From Gemmatimonadota bacterium (GTDB taxonomy: Bacteria > Gemmatimonadota > Gemmatimonadetes > Palauibacterales > Palauibacteraceae): a stretch of DNA of 64,000 nt. The notes beneath the pieces are model-generated. The model was given only the letters and a program-made list of their open reading frames with translations, ran no database searches and was not told the DNA's origin. Shown in pieces: positions 49,752-59,068 of this stretch. Both the position numbers and the translations under genes were made by a program. Where the stretch lies: positions 576,001 to 640,000 of the forward strand of contig OY762926.1 in NCBI GenBank assembly GCA_963666735.1, read 5' to 3'. How positions within the stretch are numbered: position 1 is the first letter of the stretch; each line of letters opens with the position of its first letter.

Positions 49752-50987
49752 TCAGCGCGCCCCGGTCGCCCGCGCGGCGTTCCAGCCGAGGAGCGAGAAC
49801 GCGTCGGCGACCTGCTCGTACCCCGTCCGCATGAGGAAGGCGGAGTTCTTGCCGAAGCTCTTCGCGCCCAGGATGAAGAAGCCCGGTTCGGGATTCCTCA
49901 AGGTCTCGGGTCCGAGCGTGCCCCCGGCGATGCAGCAGTCGGCGGGCGCGCCGTCCGGCCCGCCCTGAGCGGCGAGAAGCGCGGCGGAGACGCCCATGGG
50001 GCCGAGGGACGCGTAGCAGGCGTGCATCTGGAGTTGGCGATAGAGCCGGTCGTCGGGCTCGTAACCCACGTTCGCCACGATCCGGTCGAAACGGTCGCGC
50101 CGTATCTGCCCGGCGATCTCGAGGTCGACCTCGAATCCGCTCGAATCGATTTGCGTCACGGCGAGCAGCCGGCTTCGGGAGAGCCACTCGCAACCGGGCG
50201 GCGGTTCGGCGGCGATCGCGCTGGCGCGGCGCGTGAGCTTCACGCGCTCGGGAAGCGGGTCGTCCGCGATCGCCTGCAGCGGGGCGCTGCGAGCCTCGCG
50301 GCTGGCCCAGGTGAACCGCGTCCCCGGGACGGCGCGGGCCAGGGCCCCGAGGGCGCAGGCCGTGGTGGCGGCGGAATGTCCGCTGCCGAGGAGCAGCGTG
50401 CGCCGTGCCGCGTAGCGCTCGCGGTGGGCGCCGAGCGCATCCGGGACGTGGTATTCGATCGCCTGTCGCGCGGACCGCTCGCCGATGGCGGGGGTGCCGC
50501 CCGGGCCCGCCCGGTTGGGCCGCCCGTAGGTCCCCGAGCAGTCGAACACGGTCCGGGCGAACACCTCGGTCTCCGCGCCGTTCTCCTCGAGAAGAAGCCG
50601 GAAGGGATGGTCGGCCCGGGCTGCGTCGCCGAGCGCCTCGCCCTTCAGCCAGTCCGCCCGGGCCACGTCACGCACGCGGGCACCCTCGCGGACCTCCACC
50701 CGCGGCTGCAGGGCCGCGGCCAGGGGCAGGAGATAGTGCGCCCGCAACTCCGAGCCCGTGAGCAGCGCCCCCGCCGCCGGCAGTTCGACCCCGCGGCCGC
50801 GCAGAATCTCCAGCCCGGCCGGCCCCGCGTTCCACTCGAAGGGGGAGAAGAGTCGCAGCCAACCCCAGGCGCGGACGTGATCCGCCACCGCCCCGGCGTC
50901 GACCAGGACCGCCCGGAGTCCGCTGCGGGCCGCGCGGGCCGCGGCTTCGAGCCCGATCGGTCCGGCTCCGATGATCGCAAGATCCAT
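49752..50987 (-). CDS. FAD/NAD(P)-dependent oxidoreductase (flavin monooxygenase-like)
   Basis: IIGAGPIG, WGWLRLFSP, DCSGT, GSGHSA, ANVGYEPD, FFILGAKSFG..FLMRTGYEQV. Confidence 0.85.
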   Translation of the reverse strand: MDLAIIGAGPIGLEAAARAARSGLRAVLVDAGAVADHVRAWGWLRLFSPFEWNAGPAGLEILRGRGVELPAAGALLTGSELRAHYLLPLAAALQPRVEVREGARVRDVARADWLKGEALGDAARADHPFRLLLEENGAETEVFARTVFDCSGTYGRPNRAGPGGTPAIGERSARQAIEYHVPDALGAHRERYAARRTLLLGSGHSAATTACALGALARAVPGTRFTWASREARSAPLQAIADDPLPERVKLTRRASAIAAEPPPGCEWLSRSRLLAVTQIDSSGFEVDLEIAGQIRRDRFDRIVANVGYEPDDRLYRQLQMHACYASLGPMGVSAALLAAQGGPDGAPADCCIAGGTLGPETLRNPEPGFFILGAKSFGKNSAFLMRTGYEQVADAFSLLGWNAARATGAR

Positions 50988-51081
50988 CGCGTGCACGGGT
51001 GCTGGCTCCAAATCCTCTGGTTCGCTGACGTCTCGACCGCCCGGTCTTCCCGCTGATTCCCTGGCAACCTACTCTCAGGCG

Positions 51082-51846
51082 ATGATGGATCGCGAGAACC
51101 CGAAGCGGGCGAGCGCATCGCCTCCGGATTGGGCCCCGGGCCCCATCACGCGATGGCTGACGCCGGTCACTCGCTGGATCATCACGAATCTCGTGGCTCC
51201 GCCCTGCGTGTTCCTTCTCTTCGGTGTCCTCAATCGAACGCGAATCTACGGGCGCCGACGAATGTCCCACGTCCCGAACACGCTCGTCCTCTCGAATCAC
51301 CAATCGATGATCGACTCGTTTCCGATCGCCTACTACCTGTTTTTTCCCGAGAAGGCGTTCAGACCCCACCTCGCGCCCTGGAATGCGGCCGCGGCGGAGA
51401 ATTTCTTCAAGAACCCGCTGTTCGCATGGGTGTTCCACCAGTTCAAGTGCATTCCGGTGCGGCGCGGCCGCCGCGATCTGAGGGCGATGATTCGCTCGGC
51501 AAGCGCGCTTCGAACGGGGACGCTCACGCTCTTCCCGGAGGGTACGCGTTCGCGGAACGGCAAGGTCGGACGGGGTCGGGCCGGCGCGGGCATGGTCATT
51601 CTCCAGAACCGCCCACAGGTGGTCCCGATCACGCTGGAGGGGCTGGACCGCGTCCTTCCCATAGGCGCCCGCCTGCCGCGGATCGGGCAGCGCGTTTCGA
51701 TCTACGTGGGTCGGCCCGTGCCGTACGACGACCTGGCCGCCGAAGGCCGTTCGCGAGAGAGCGCCCAACAGATCGTCGATCGCGTGATGGCACGGATCGA
51801 CTTCCAGCAACGCGTTCTCCGGCGGCTGCGCCGCGCCCGCGCGTAA
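51082..51846 (+). CDS. Lysophospholipid acyltransferase (PlsC family)
   Basis: NHQSMID, LFPEGTRS. Confidence 0.92.
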   Translation: MMDRENPKRASASPPDWAPGPITRWLTPVTRWIITNLVAPPCVFLLFGVLNRTRIYGRRRMSHVPNTLVLSNHQSMIDSFPIAYYLFFPEKAFRPHLAPWNAAAAENFFKNPLFAWVFHQFKCIPVRRGRRDLRAMIRSASALRTGTLTLFPEGTRSRNGKVGRGRAGAGMVILQNRPQVVPITLEGLDRVLPIGARLPRIGQRVSIYVGRPVPYDDLAAEGRSRESAQQIVDRVMARIDFQQRVLRRLRRARA

Positions 51847-51903
51847 CAGGCCACGGCGCGCCGGGCGCTGGACATCCGCGGTCGGATCCGACATTCTTCC
51901 CGC

Positions 51904-52041
51904 ATGACCATCACACTTTATTACGTCCTCGTGACGATTATGCTCGGACTGCTCGTGGGTCTGCTCATGGGCGGTGGTTTCGCGTTCGCATGCCGGCTCC
52001 GTGAGCTCGATGCGCCGGACGGGGAGGTCCCGCCGGGCTGA
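51904..52041 (+). CDS. 45-aa single-TM small protein
   Basis: Not in the track. MTITLYYVLVTIMLGLLVGLLMGGGFAFACRLRELDAPDGEVPPG*, preceded by TGGACA-17-CATTCT-6 nt-ATG. Confidence 0.65.
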   Translation: MTITLYYVLVTIMLGLLVGLLMGGGFAFACRLRELDAPDGEVPPG

Positions 52042-52200
52042 CCGCACCAGACCGCATTCGCCGATCCCTCCGAACCGCGCACCTTCTTCCCGATTTTGTG
52101 ATCGCGCGCTACTTTACTGGGCTGTGAAGAGTGCGTATTCAGGCCGGAAACGTCCCGCTGCCCGTTTGCGAGCGGAGCGTCCCGGCCGTCAGAGGTGGAA

Positions 52201-52452
52201 ATGACAAAAACCTTCCAGGATGACGACGGGCGCCGGTGGAAAGCATGGCTCGCTTCGCGCGAGGTTTTCTGGCCGGACCCGAACGAAAAGGCTCCGCCCG
52301 ACGATTTCGAGGCGGTCGTGTTCGTTTGTTTCTCCGACCCCCACCAGACCCAGCGGCGGCTTCGGCTCCCGCAGGGTTCGTTCGAGCAGCTCAGTCTCGA
52401 TGATCTCAAGAAGCACTTCAAGAAGGCGAAACTCGATCCCGCCATCCGGTAG
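52201..52452 (+). CDS. Small hypothetical protein
   Basis: GAGG SD; MTKTFQDDDGRRWKAW..VVFVCF..RRLRLP..LSLDDLKKHFKKA. Confidence 0.75.
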   Translation: MTKTFQDDDGRRWKAWLASREVFWPDPNEKAPPDDFEAVVFVCFSDPHQTQRRLRLPQGSFEQLSLDDLKKHFKKAKLDPAIR

Positions 52453-52598
52453 CCGTCCGTACGCAAACTCCCGCGTCCCGGCCGAAGGCGGCCGCGCGGG
52501 GGAGCTTGCCGCGGACCGGAACGGGTTTGCGCCTCCCGACCCGGGCGCCCGGGACTCCCTCCGATGTTTTCACCGATACCGAAAGGCCTCGTGACAGA

Positions 52599-53723
52599 AT
52601 GACCGCCGCCGCCGGAAAAGGACTGGAAGGCGTCGTCGCCTCGCAGACTTCACTCAGCTTCATCGACGGGCTCAAGGGCATCCTCGTCTATCGGGGCTAC
52701 AACATCCACGAACTCGCTCCGAACGTTTCGTTCCCCGAGAGTGTGTTCCTGCTCTGGAACGGACGGCTGCCGAGACGTACGGAACTCGACGAGTTCGAGT
52801 CGGCTCTCGCCGCCCAACGCGCTCTGGATCCGCGAACGGTGGAAGGCCTGAAGGGTCTCCCGGCGGAGACCGTCCCGATGTCGGCGCTTCGGACAGGAGT
52901 CTCCCTCGAGGGCGTGTACGATCCCGATGCCGAGGACAACTCGCTCGAGGCGAACCGGCGCAAGGCGGAACGGCTCGTGGCGCGGACCCCGGCCATCATC
53001 GCGGCGATCCACCGCATTCGGCAGGGGCTGGAGCCGCTGGAGCCCGACCCGACGCTCTCGCTGTCCGCCGACTTCGTGAGGATGGCGAACGGCGAGCCGG
53101 GCACGGAGGAAGCGGTCGAGGCCCTCGACAGGACGCTCCTCCTCTACCTGGACCACGGGTTCAACGCATCCACGTTCGCCTGTCGCGTCATCGCCGCCAC
53201 GCTCGGGGACATGCATTCCGCCGTGACCGGCGGTGTCGGGGCGCTGAAGGGCGAGTTGCACGGCGGAGCGAACGCGAGGGCGATGCACACGCTGATCGAG
53301 ATCGGTGATCCGGAAAACGTCGGACCATGGCTCGACAGGGCGTTTGCCGAAAAGCGGAAGATCATGGGCTTCGGCCACCGGGTCTACAAGACGGAGGATC
53401 CGCGGGCGACGCATCTCCGTGAGATGTCCCGTGTGCTCACCCAGCAGGCGGGGCTCGAAAAGTTCTACGAGATGTCCCGCAAGCTGGAAGACCGGATGGT
53501 CTCCGAGAAGGGGATCAATCCGAACGTCGACTTCTACTGCGCCACGGTCTACTACGCGCTGGGCATTCCGATCGACCTCTACACGCCGCTGTTCGCGATG
53601 GGGCGCATGGGCGGCTGGACGGCGCACGTCATGGAGCAGCACGCCGACAACCGGCTCATTCGGCCGCGTGCGGAGTATGTGGGTGAGATGGACCTGCGCT
53701 GGGTGCCGATGGACCAGCGCTGA
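52599..53723 (+). CDS. Citrate (or 2-methylcitrate) synthase
   Basis: GLEGVVA, DHGFNASTF, LHGGAN, MGFGHRVYK..DPR, PNVDFY, GWTAH, LIRPR. Confidence 0.95.
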   Translation: MTAAAGKGLEGVVASQTSLSFIDGLKGILVYRGYNIHELAPNVSFPESVFLLWNGRLPRRTELDEFESALAAQRALDPRTVEGLKGLPAETVPMSALRTGVSLEGVYDPDAEDNSLEANRRKAERLVARTPAIIAAIHRIRQGLEPLEPDPTLSLSADFVRMANGEPGTEEAVEALDRTLLLYLDHGFNASTFACRVIAATLGDMHSAVTGGVGALKGELHGGANARAMHTLIEIGDPENVGPWLDRAFAEKRKIMGFGHRVYKTEDPRATHLREMSRVLTQQAGLEKFYEMSRKLEDRMVSEKGINPNVDFYCATVYYALGIPIDLYTPLFAMGRMGGWTAHVMEQHADNRLIRPRAEYVGEMDLRWVPMDQR

Positions 53724-53792
53724 GCCGAGGCCGCGGAAAGGGCTGGAGCGGGCCGGAGCCTGCCGCGTCCGGCGCCGGCCATCACGCCAACG

Positions 53793-53838
53793 GAAGCGGG
53801 CCGCAGGCCTCCACGGCTGCCGGGCCCGCTTCTTTCGT
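53793..53838 (+). terminator. Probable intrinsic terminator
   Basis: GAAGCGGGCC(53793-802)/GGCCCGCTTC(53823-832) stem followed by TTTCGT. Confidence 0.55.
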
Positions 53839-53874
53839 TGAGACAAGCTCGAGAACAAGGTCGAGACAAGGAAG

Positions 53875-55326
53875 GTGTCGGTGGAGATACGCTCGGGGAT
53901 ACCTGTCGACCGGGAACTGGATGCGCTCGTGGTCCCATGGTTCGATGGCGCGGACGCGACGGGAGAGTGGTGGGAACACCCCGCGGCCGCCTGGCTGGAG
54001 GGCCGTGGAGGCTCCGGGGAGATGTCGGGTTGGGTGCGGCTCGGGGCTCCGGAGACCCCGGATGTCTTCGTCGTCCGCCTGGACGCCGGAGCGAGGCCGG
54101 TGGCCGAGTCGTGCCGGCGCGCGGCGGGGGCCGGGGCCAGGGCGGCTCGCGAGCGCGGCCTCGGGTCGGTCGGGTTCCGCGTCCCGGAGACGGCGGACGG
54201 CGCGGTGTGGCAGGCGTCCGCCGAGGGACTCGCGCTGGGGGACTGGCGTTACGACGGGCTCCGCGACACGGAGGGCCGGACCGGCGCGCCGGAAGAACGG
54301 GTCCTCCTCGCGGGGGGCGAAGCCGGCCGGGATGCCGAGGCCGCGGTGCGGCGGGGGTGTGTGCTCGCCGCGGCGCAGAACGCCACGCGCGAACTCGTAA
54401 CGCTGCCGGGCAACGTGGCGACCCCGCGGTACCTCGCAGCCGAGGCGGAGCGGCTGGCGGGAGAGCATGGCTTCCGGGTTGAGGTGCGGGATCGGGAGCG
54501 GCTGGAGGAGGAAGGATTCGGGGGTCTCCTCACCGTGGCCCGCGGGTCCGTCGAGGAGCCGCGCTTCATCGAGATGGAGCACGAGGGTTCGGGGGGAGAT
54601 CCGGTCGTCGTGGTCGGCAAGGGCGTGACGTTCGATGCGGGAGGGATCTCGCTCAAACCCGCCTCGGGCATGGAGGACATGAAGTACGACATGGCGGGCG
54701 CCGCGGCCGTGTTCGGAATCATGATCGCGGCGGCGCGCCTCGAAATCCCGCAGCGCGTGATCGGCCTCGTGCCCGCGACGGAAAACCTCCCGGCGGGGGA
54801 TGCCGTGAAGCCGGGGGATGTGATCCGCGGGCTCTCGGGCAAATCGATCGAGGTCATCAACACGGACGCGGAGGGTCGCCTCATCCTGTCGGACGCACTC
54901 ACGTACGCCCAGCGGTTGGATCCGGTGGCGATCGTCGACATGGCCACGTTGACCGGGGCCTGCGTCATCGCCCTCGGCCATCACGCGGTGGCGGTGCTCG
55001 CGAACGACCGGGGTATCGCGGACGAGTTGTCGGAGGCCGGTGAAGCAACGGGTGAACGGACGTGGCCTCTGCCGCTGTGGAAGGCGTATCGAGCCCAGCT
55101 CGACTCCGATATCGCGGACATCAAGAACATCGGTGGCCGAGGCGCGGGCACGATCACCGCGGGCTGGTTCCTGCGCGAGTTCGTGTCGGACGACGTGCCC
55201 TGGGCCCACCTCGACATCGCGGGTACGGCATGGGCGAAGGAGGCGCGCGGCTGGCAGCCGAAGGGAGCCACCGGGGTTGGCGTCCGGCTCGTCCATGAAT
55301 GGCTGCGCGTGCGCGAGCGAGGGTGA
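53875..55326 (+). CDS. pepA: Leucyl aminopeptidase (M17)
   Basis: VGKGVTFDAGGISLKP, MKYDMAG, NTDAEGRL, WAHLDIAG. Confidence 0.95.
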   Translation: MSVEIRSGIPVDRELDALVVPWFDGADATGEWWEHPAAAWLEGRGGSGEMSGWVRLGAPETPDVFVVRLDAGARPVAESCRRAAGAGARAARERGLGSVGFRVPETADGAVWQASAEGLALGDWRYDGLRDTEGRTGAPEERVLLAGGEAGRDAEAAVRRGCVLAAAQNATRELVTLPGNVATPRYLAAEAERLAGEHGFRVEVRDRERLEEEGFGGLLTVARGSVEEPRFIEMEHEGSGGDPVVVVGKGVTFDAGGISLKPASGMEDMKYDMAGAAAVFGIMIAAARLEIPQRVIGLVPATENLPAGDAVKPGDVIRGLSGKSIEVINTDAEGRLILSDALTYAQRLDPVAIVDMATLTGACVIALGHHAVAVLANDRGIADELSEAGEATGERTWPLPLWKAYRAQLDSDIADIKNIGGRGAGTITAGWFLREFVSDDVPWAHLDIAGTAWAKEARGWQPKGATGVGVRLVHEWLRVRERG

Positions 55327-57155
55327 CGAAGTTCTTCGTCCGCGCCCTCGGCGCGCTGCTGCTCGCGGTTGGGGGCGCCTCTGCGGCCCACGCCCAGGAG
55401 CCGCCGGTTTCGGACAGCCTGGAGGTCGTGCCGGATTCGGTCCTCGCGGCGTTCGCCGACAGCACGCCGCGACGGGCACAGAGCTTTCCGGGGCGGCTGA
55501 CGGGCCTGCGCGGCCCGGCGCACGAGATCTTCGACTGCGACCGGGAGTGCGTGCATGCGTCGCCGTCCTTCACTCTCCTCGAACTCCTTCTCGAGCGCGT
55601 TCCGGGAATCACGGGGGTTCGCGGCGAGTTCTACCAGGGACCCCACCACGTCTTCGACGGCGGCTTCGGACCCGGGTTCGCGACCCTCTACATCGATGGC
55701 CGCGAAGTCCTCTCCCTCTCCCGGGCCCAGGCCGATCTCCGGCGCGTGTCGCTGAACTACGTCGACCGGGTGCGCGTGTATCGCGGCGCGGACGGGCTCG
55801 TCATCGATGTCGACCTCATCCGCCACGACGGGATCCAGGCCTACTCGCGCGTCAGCGGAGTGACCGGAGATCCCCGCTCCGAGATCCTCGACGCCGTCTT
55901 CGCCAACCGGTTGGGAGGGGCGTCGAACGTGGAAGCCTCCTTCGAGAGGTATGATGTCCAGGACCGGCAGAACAATCAGGACCGATTCGCGGTACAGGGC
56001 CGCTTCTCGTGGATGCCGCGCTCGAACGATTTCGGGGCTCAGCTCGAGTATCGTTCCGAGACCATCGAACGCACCGGGCTCGACACGCTCGAGTTCTCGC
56101 GCAGGGAATTCGTGCTCCGGACGCGGGCGAACCTCGGAGAACGGGCCCAGGTTGAAGCCTACGGGCAGGCCACGAGCTTCACGGATGTCGTCGACAACCT
56201 CCCGGACAGCATATCGCCGCCCCAACGGGGCGCGGATGGCGCCGGCCTGCGATTCTTGGCGCGACCCGGATCGGGGGCCGTGTCGATGGGCCTCCGCTTC
56301 GCCGGGCGCGACGCCTACGCATCGCGCCTTGCGGACTTCTCCGCCTGGCAGCCCATCGGTCCGTTCGCGCTCGAAGGCGGGGCGGAACTCGCGAGCTGGA
56401 ACGAGTTTCCCACGAAGTCCTGGCGGGCGGGGCTGGCCTTCCGGGAGACGCTCCTCTTCCCGATCGAACTGCGGGCGTTCACGGCGGAGGGCACCCGGGG
56501 CATCGGCTTTCCCCAACATGCCATGCTCGACAGCCTCGAGACTTCGGAATTCGTGCTCGCGGACAGCGTCCGGTTCGACTCCCGCGGCGCCTCGGCGGCC
56601 CTCGCGATCGGGCCGTTCAACCTCTCCGGCCGCTACGCGGAGCAGCGGATGGACCGGCAGTTCGGCTTCGGTGCGCCCTTCGACGGGCTCGTCGTCGCGG
56701 ACACGGGGGAGGTGGACGTCACCTCGGTGGAGGCGCGCTTCGACGGACCGGTCGTGCCGCTCGGCGTGCTGCTCCGGGGCGTGGAACCGATCCGCCTGCG
56801 CGCTTCATGGCGGAAGTTCGATTCCCGCGGCGCCGAGACCCTTTTTCTCCCCGAACGCCTGTTCCGCACGGAGCTATACCTGTACGACACCTTTTTCGAG
56901 GAGAACCTTCGGATCTGGGTGTCCGTGTTCGTCGACCGGCGCGGCGCGCGGCTGGTCCCGGTGCCCGGCTCGCCCGATCCGGCGATGCTGGACGCCGACA
57001 GCTGGATGGGGGGACACCTGATGTTCAAGATCGGCGACTTTCGGTTCTTCTGGCGTTTCGGCAACCTGGGCGGGGACGAGATCGGAGATTTTCAGGGGGC
57101 GCTGTTCCCCCGGCAGCTCAACGTGTTCGGCCTTCGCTGGGAGTTCTTCAATTGA
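55323..57155 (+). CDS. Putative outer-membrane beta-barrel protein (plug-like N-terminus)
   Basis: Signal peptide, LLERVPGITG..LYIDG plug-like segment, C-terminal FGLRWEFFN. Confidence 0.7.
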   Translation: MTKFFVRALGALLLAVGGASAAHAQEPPVSDSLEVVPDSVLAAFADSTPRRAQSFPGRLTGLRGPAHEIFDCDRECVHASPSFTLLELLLERVPGITGVRGEFYQGPHHVFDGGFGPGFATLYIDGREVLSLSRAQADLRRVSLNYVDRVRVYRGADGLVIDVDLIRHDGIQAYSRVSGVTGDPRSEILDAVFANRLGGASNVEASFERYDVQDRQNNQDRFAVQGRFSWMPRSNDFGAQLEYRSETIERTGLDTLEFSRREFVLRTRANLGERAQVEAYGQATSFTDVVDNLPDSISPPQRGADGAGLRFLARPGSGAVSMGLRFAGRDAYASRLADFSAWQPIGPFALEGGAELASWNEFPTKSWRAGLAFRETLLFPIELRAFTAEGTRGIGFPQHAMLDSLETSEFVLADSVRFDSRGASAALAIGPFNLSGRYAEQRMDRQFGFGAPFDGLVVADTGEVDVTSVEARFDGPVVPLGVLLRGVEPIRLRASWRKFDSRGAETLFLPERLFRTELYLYDTFFEENLRIWVSVFVDRRGARLVPVPGSPDPAMLDADSWMGGHLMFKIGDFRFFWRFGNLGGDEIGDFQGALFPRQLNVFGLRWEFFN

Positions 57156-57186
57156 TCGACCGGGTGCCGCTTCGGGAGACATCGAC

Positions 57187-58068
57187 GTGATTCGCAGCAT
57201 GACCGGCTACGGCTCGGCGACCGTGACGCGGGAGAGCGGGACGGTCACGGTTGAAGCGCGCTCGGTGAATTCCCGGGGGCTTAAAGTCGTGGTGAAGGCG
57301 CCCCCGGGAGGGGAGCGCTGGGAAGGCGACCTTCGCGCCCTCGCCGAATCCCTGGCCCGCCGCGGCCGCCTGGACCTGTTCGTCCGGGTGGAGAGCATGC
57401 CGGACGCGGGAAACACGAGTCTGGACGAGGCACGCGTGCGGGAAGTACTCGATGCGTGTGCCCGGCTCCGGGATGACTTCGGCGTGTCCGGCGAACCGGA
57501 CATGGCTTCGCTGCTTCGCGTGGGCGGCATCTTCCGGAAGGCGGGCGGCGAGGGCGCGGAGTTCGAGCCGGATCCGAACGATGTGAAGCAGGCTGCGGCG
57601 GACGCGCTCGACCTGCTGGTGGAGATGCGGGATCGGGAGGGCGCTCGACTCGAGGTCGATCTTCGGGGGCGGCTGGCGGGCATCCGGGGCGCCGTCGATG
57701 GTGCGGAGACGCTGGCGCCGGAACGCCTCGAACGCGAACGGCGCCGGCTTCGCGAGGCGGTCGACGGCCTGGCCGGGAAGGGCCTGGATGAGGATCGACT
57801 GATGCGCGAGATCGCGCTCATCGCGGACCGCTGGGAGATCAGCGAGGAGCTGGTGCGGGCCCGCTCGCATGTGGAGGCCTTCGAGGAGTTTCTGGACGGC
57901 CCGGCCGACGAGCCGGTGGGGCGGCGGCTCGGCTTTCTCGTCCAGGAGTTGCAGCGCGAAGTCAACACGCTGGGCGCAAAGGCGAACGACCCCCGCATCT
58001 CGCGACTCGTGGTGGAGGCCAAGAACGAGATCGAGAGGCTCCGGGAGCAGGTGGAGAACGTCGAGTGA
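57187..58068 (+). CDS. yicC: YicC/YloC family endoribonuclease
   Basis: MIRSMTGYG, SVNSR, EELVR, GRRLGFLVQELQREVNTLGAK, REQVENVE. Confidence 0.95.
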   Translation: MIRSMTGYGSATVTRESGTVTVEARSVNSRGLKVVVKAPPGGERWEGDLRALAESLARRGRLDLFVRVESMPDAGNTSLDEARVREVLDACARLRDDFGVSGEPDMASLLRVGGIFRKAGGEGAEFEPDPNDVKQAAADALDLLVEMRDREGARLEVDLRGRLAGIRGAVDGAETLAPERLERERRRLREAVDGLAGKGLDEDRLMREIALIADRWEISEELVRARSHVEAFEEFLDGPADEPVGRRLGFLVQELQREVNTLGAKANDPRISRLVVEAKNEIERLREQVENVE

Positions 58069-58730
58069 GCCCCGCGCCATCCGGGGCCGGTACCCTCTTT
58101 CCCGTCATTCTCTCCGGACCTTCCGGGGCCGGGAAGACGACGATCCGAGATCGGTTGCTCGCCAACGCCGGCTCCCCCGGATTCCTGTTCTCGGTCTCGA
58201 TGACGACGAGAGCGCCGCGCGCGGGAGAACGGGATGGCGTGGACTACCGGTTCGTCTCGCGGACCCGGTTCGAGGCGCTGGTGGACGCGGGGGCCATGCT
58301 CGAACACGCGACCGTCCACGGCGAACGCTACGGGACGCCGCGCGACAATCTCGAGCGGGCGCGGAACGCAGGCGCCCATCTCCTGCTGGACATCGACGTG
58401 CAGGGGGCTCGGCAGGTGTGGGAGGCCGTCGCGGACGTCCTCTCGATCTTCATCGTCCCGCCCACCGGGAAGCGGATTGCGCGGCAACTGCGGGGGAGGG
58501 GCAGCGAAAATCCGGAGCAACTCCGGCGCCGGCTCGCGAACGCGCGGTCGGAGCTGCGCGCCGCGGCGGAGTTCGATCGTCTCGTCGTCAACGACCGGAT
58601 CGAAAACGCGGTCGCCGAAGTGTCGGCACTCGTCGCGAAGGGACTCGTGCCTCCTCGCCGCCTCGAGTCGGCAGAGCGGCGATACGTGAAACGCATCATC
58701 GGCGAAATCGGGGAGTTGGATACCGTTTGA
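58065..58730 (+). CDS. gmk: Guanylate kinase
   Basis: SGPSGAGKTT, TTRAPRAGERDGVDYRF, YGT, LDIDVQG. Confidence 0.96.
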   Translation: MSPAPSGAGTLFPVILSGPSGAGKTTIRDRLLANAGSPGFLFSVSMTTRAPRAGERDGVDYRFVSRTRFEALVDAGAMLEHATVHGERYGTPRDNLERARNAGAHLLLDIDVQGARQVWEAVADVLSIFIVPPTGKRIARQLRGRGSENPEQLRRRLANARSELRAAAEFDRLVVNDRIENAVAEVSALVAKGLVPPRRLESAERRYVKRIIGEIGELDTV

Positions 58731-58830
58731 CGCATGTGGTAGATTCCCGAACGGGCGCGGTCCGGCCGGGACCGCCGCGCGGAATGCCATGGACGGCGCT
58801 GGACCCTGAGGGTCGAGGGAGAGAAATAGA

Positions 58831-59052
58831 ATGAAGGTGTTTACGCCGGACGCCGTGGCGAAGGCGGCGACCAACAAGTACCTGGGCGTACTCGTCGCCG
58901 CGAAGTATGCGCGCGAACTCAACGCCCTCCCGTTGGAGCGCTCGCCATACGGCGCGGAGAAGCTGACGACGGTCGCCGCGGACGCGCTGACCTCGGAAGA
59001 AAAGAAGCTGCAATACCGGCTCGTCCGGGCGCGCCCCACCCTGATGCCCTAG
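58831..59052 (+). CDS. rpoZ: RNA polymerase omega subunit
   Basis: NKYLGVLVAAKYARELN; gmk-rpoZ-coaBC synteny. Confidence 0.88.
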   Translation: MKVFTPDAVAKAATNKYLGVLVAAKYARELNALPLERSPYGAEKLTTVAADALTSEEKKLQYRLVRARPTLMP

Positions 59053-59068
59053 CGCACCCGGCGCCTCC

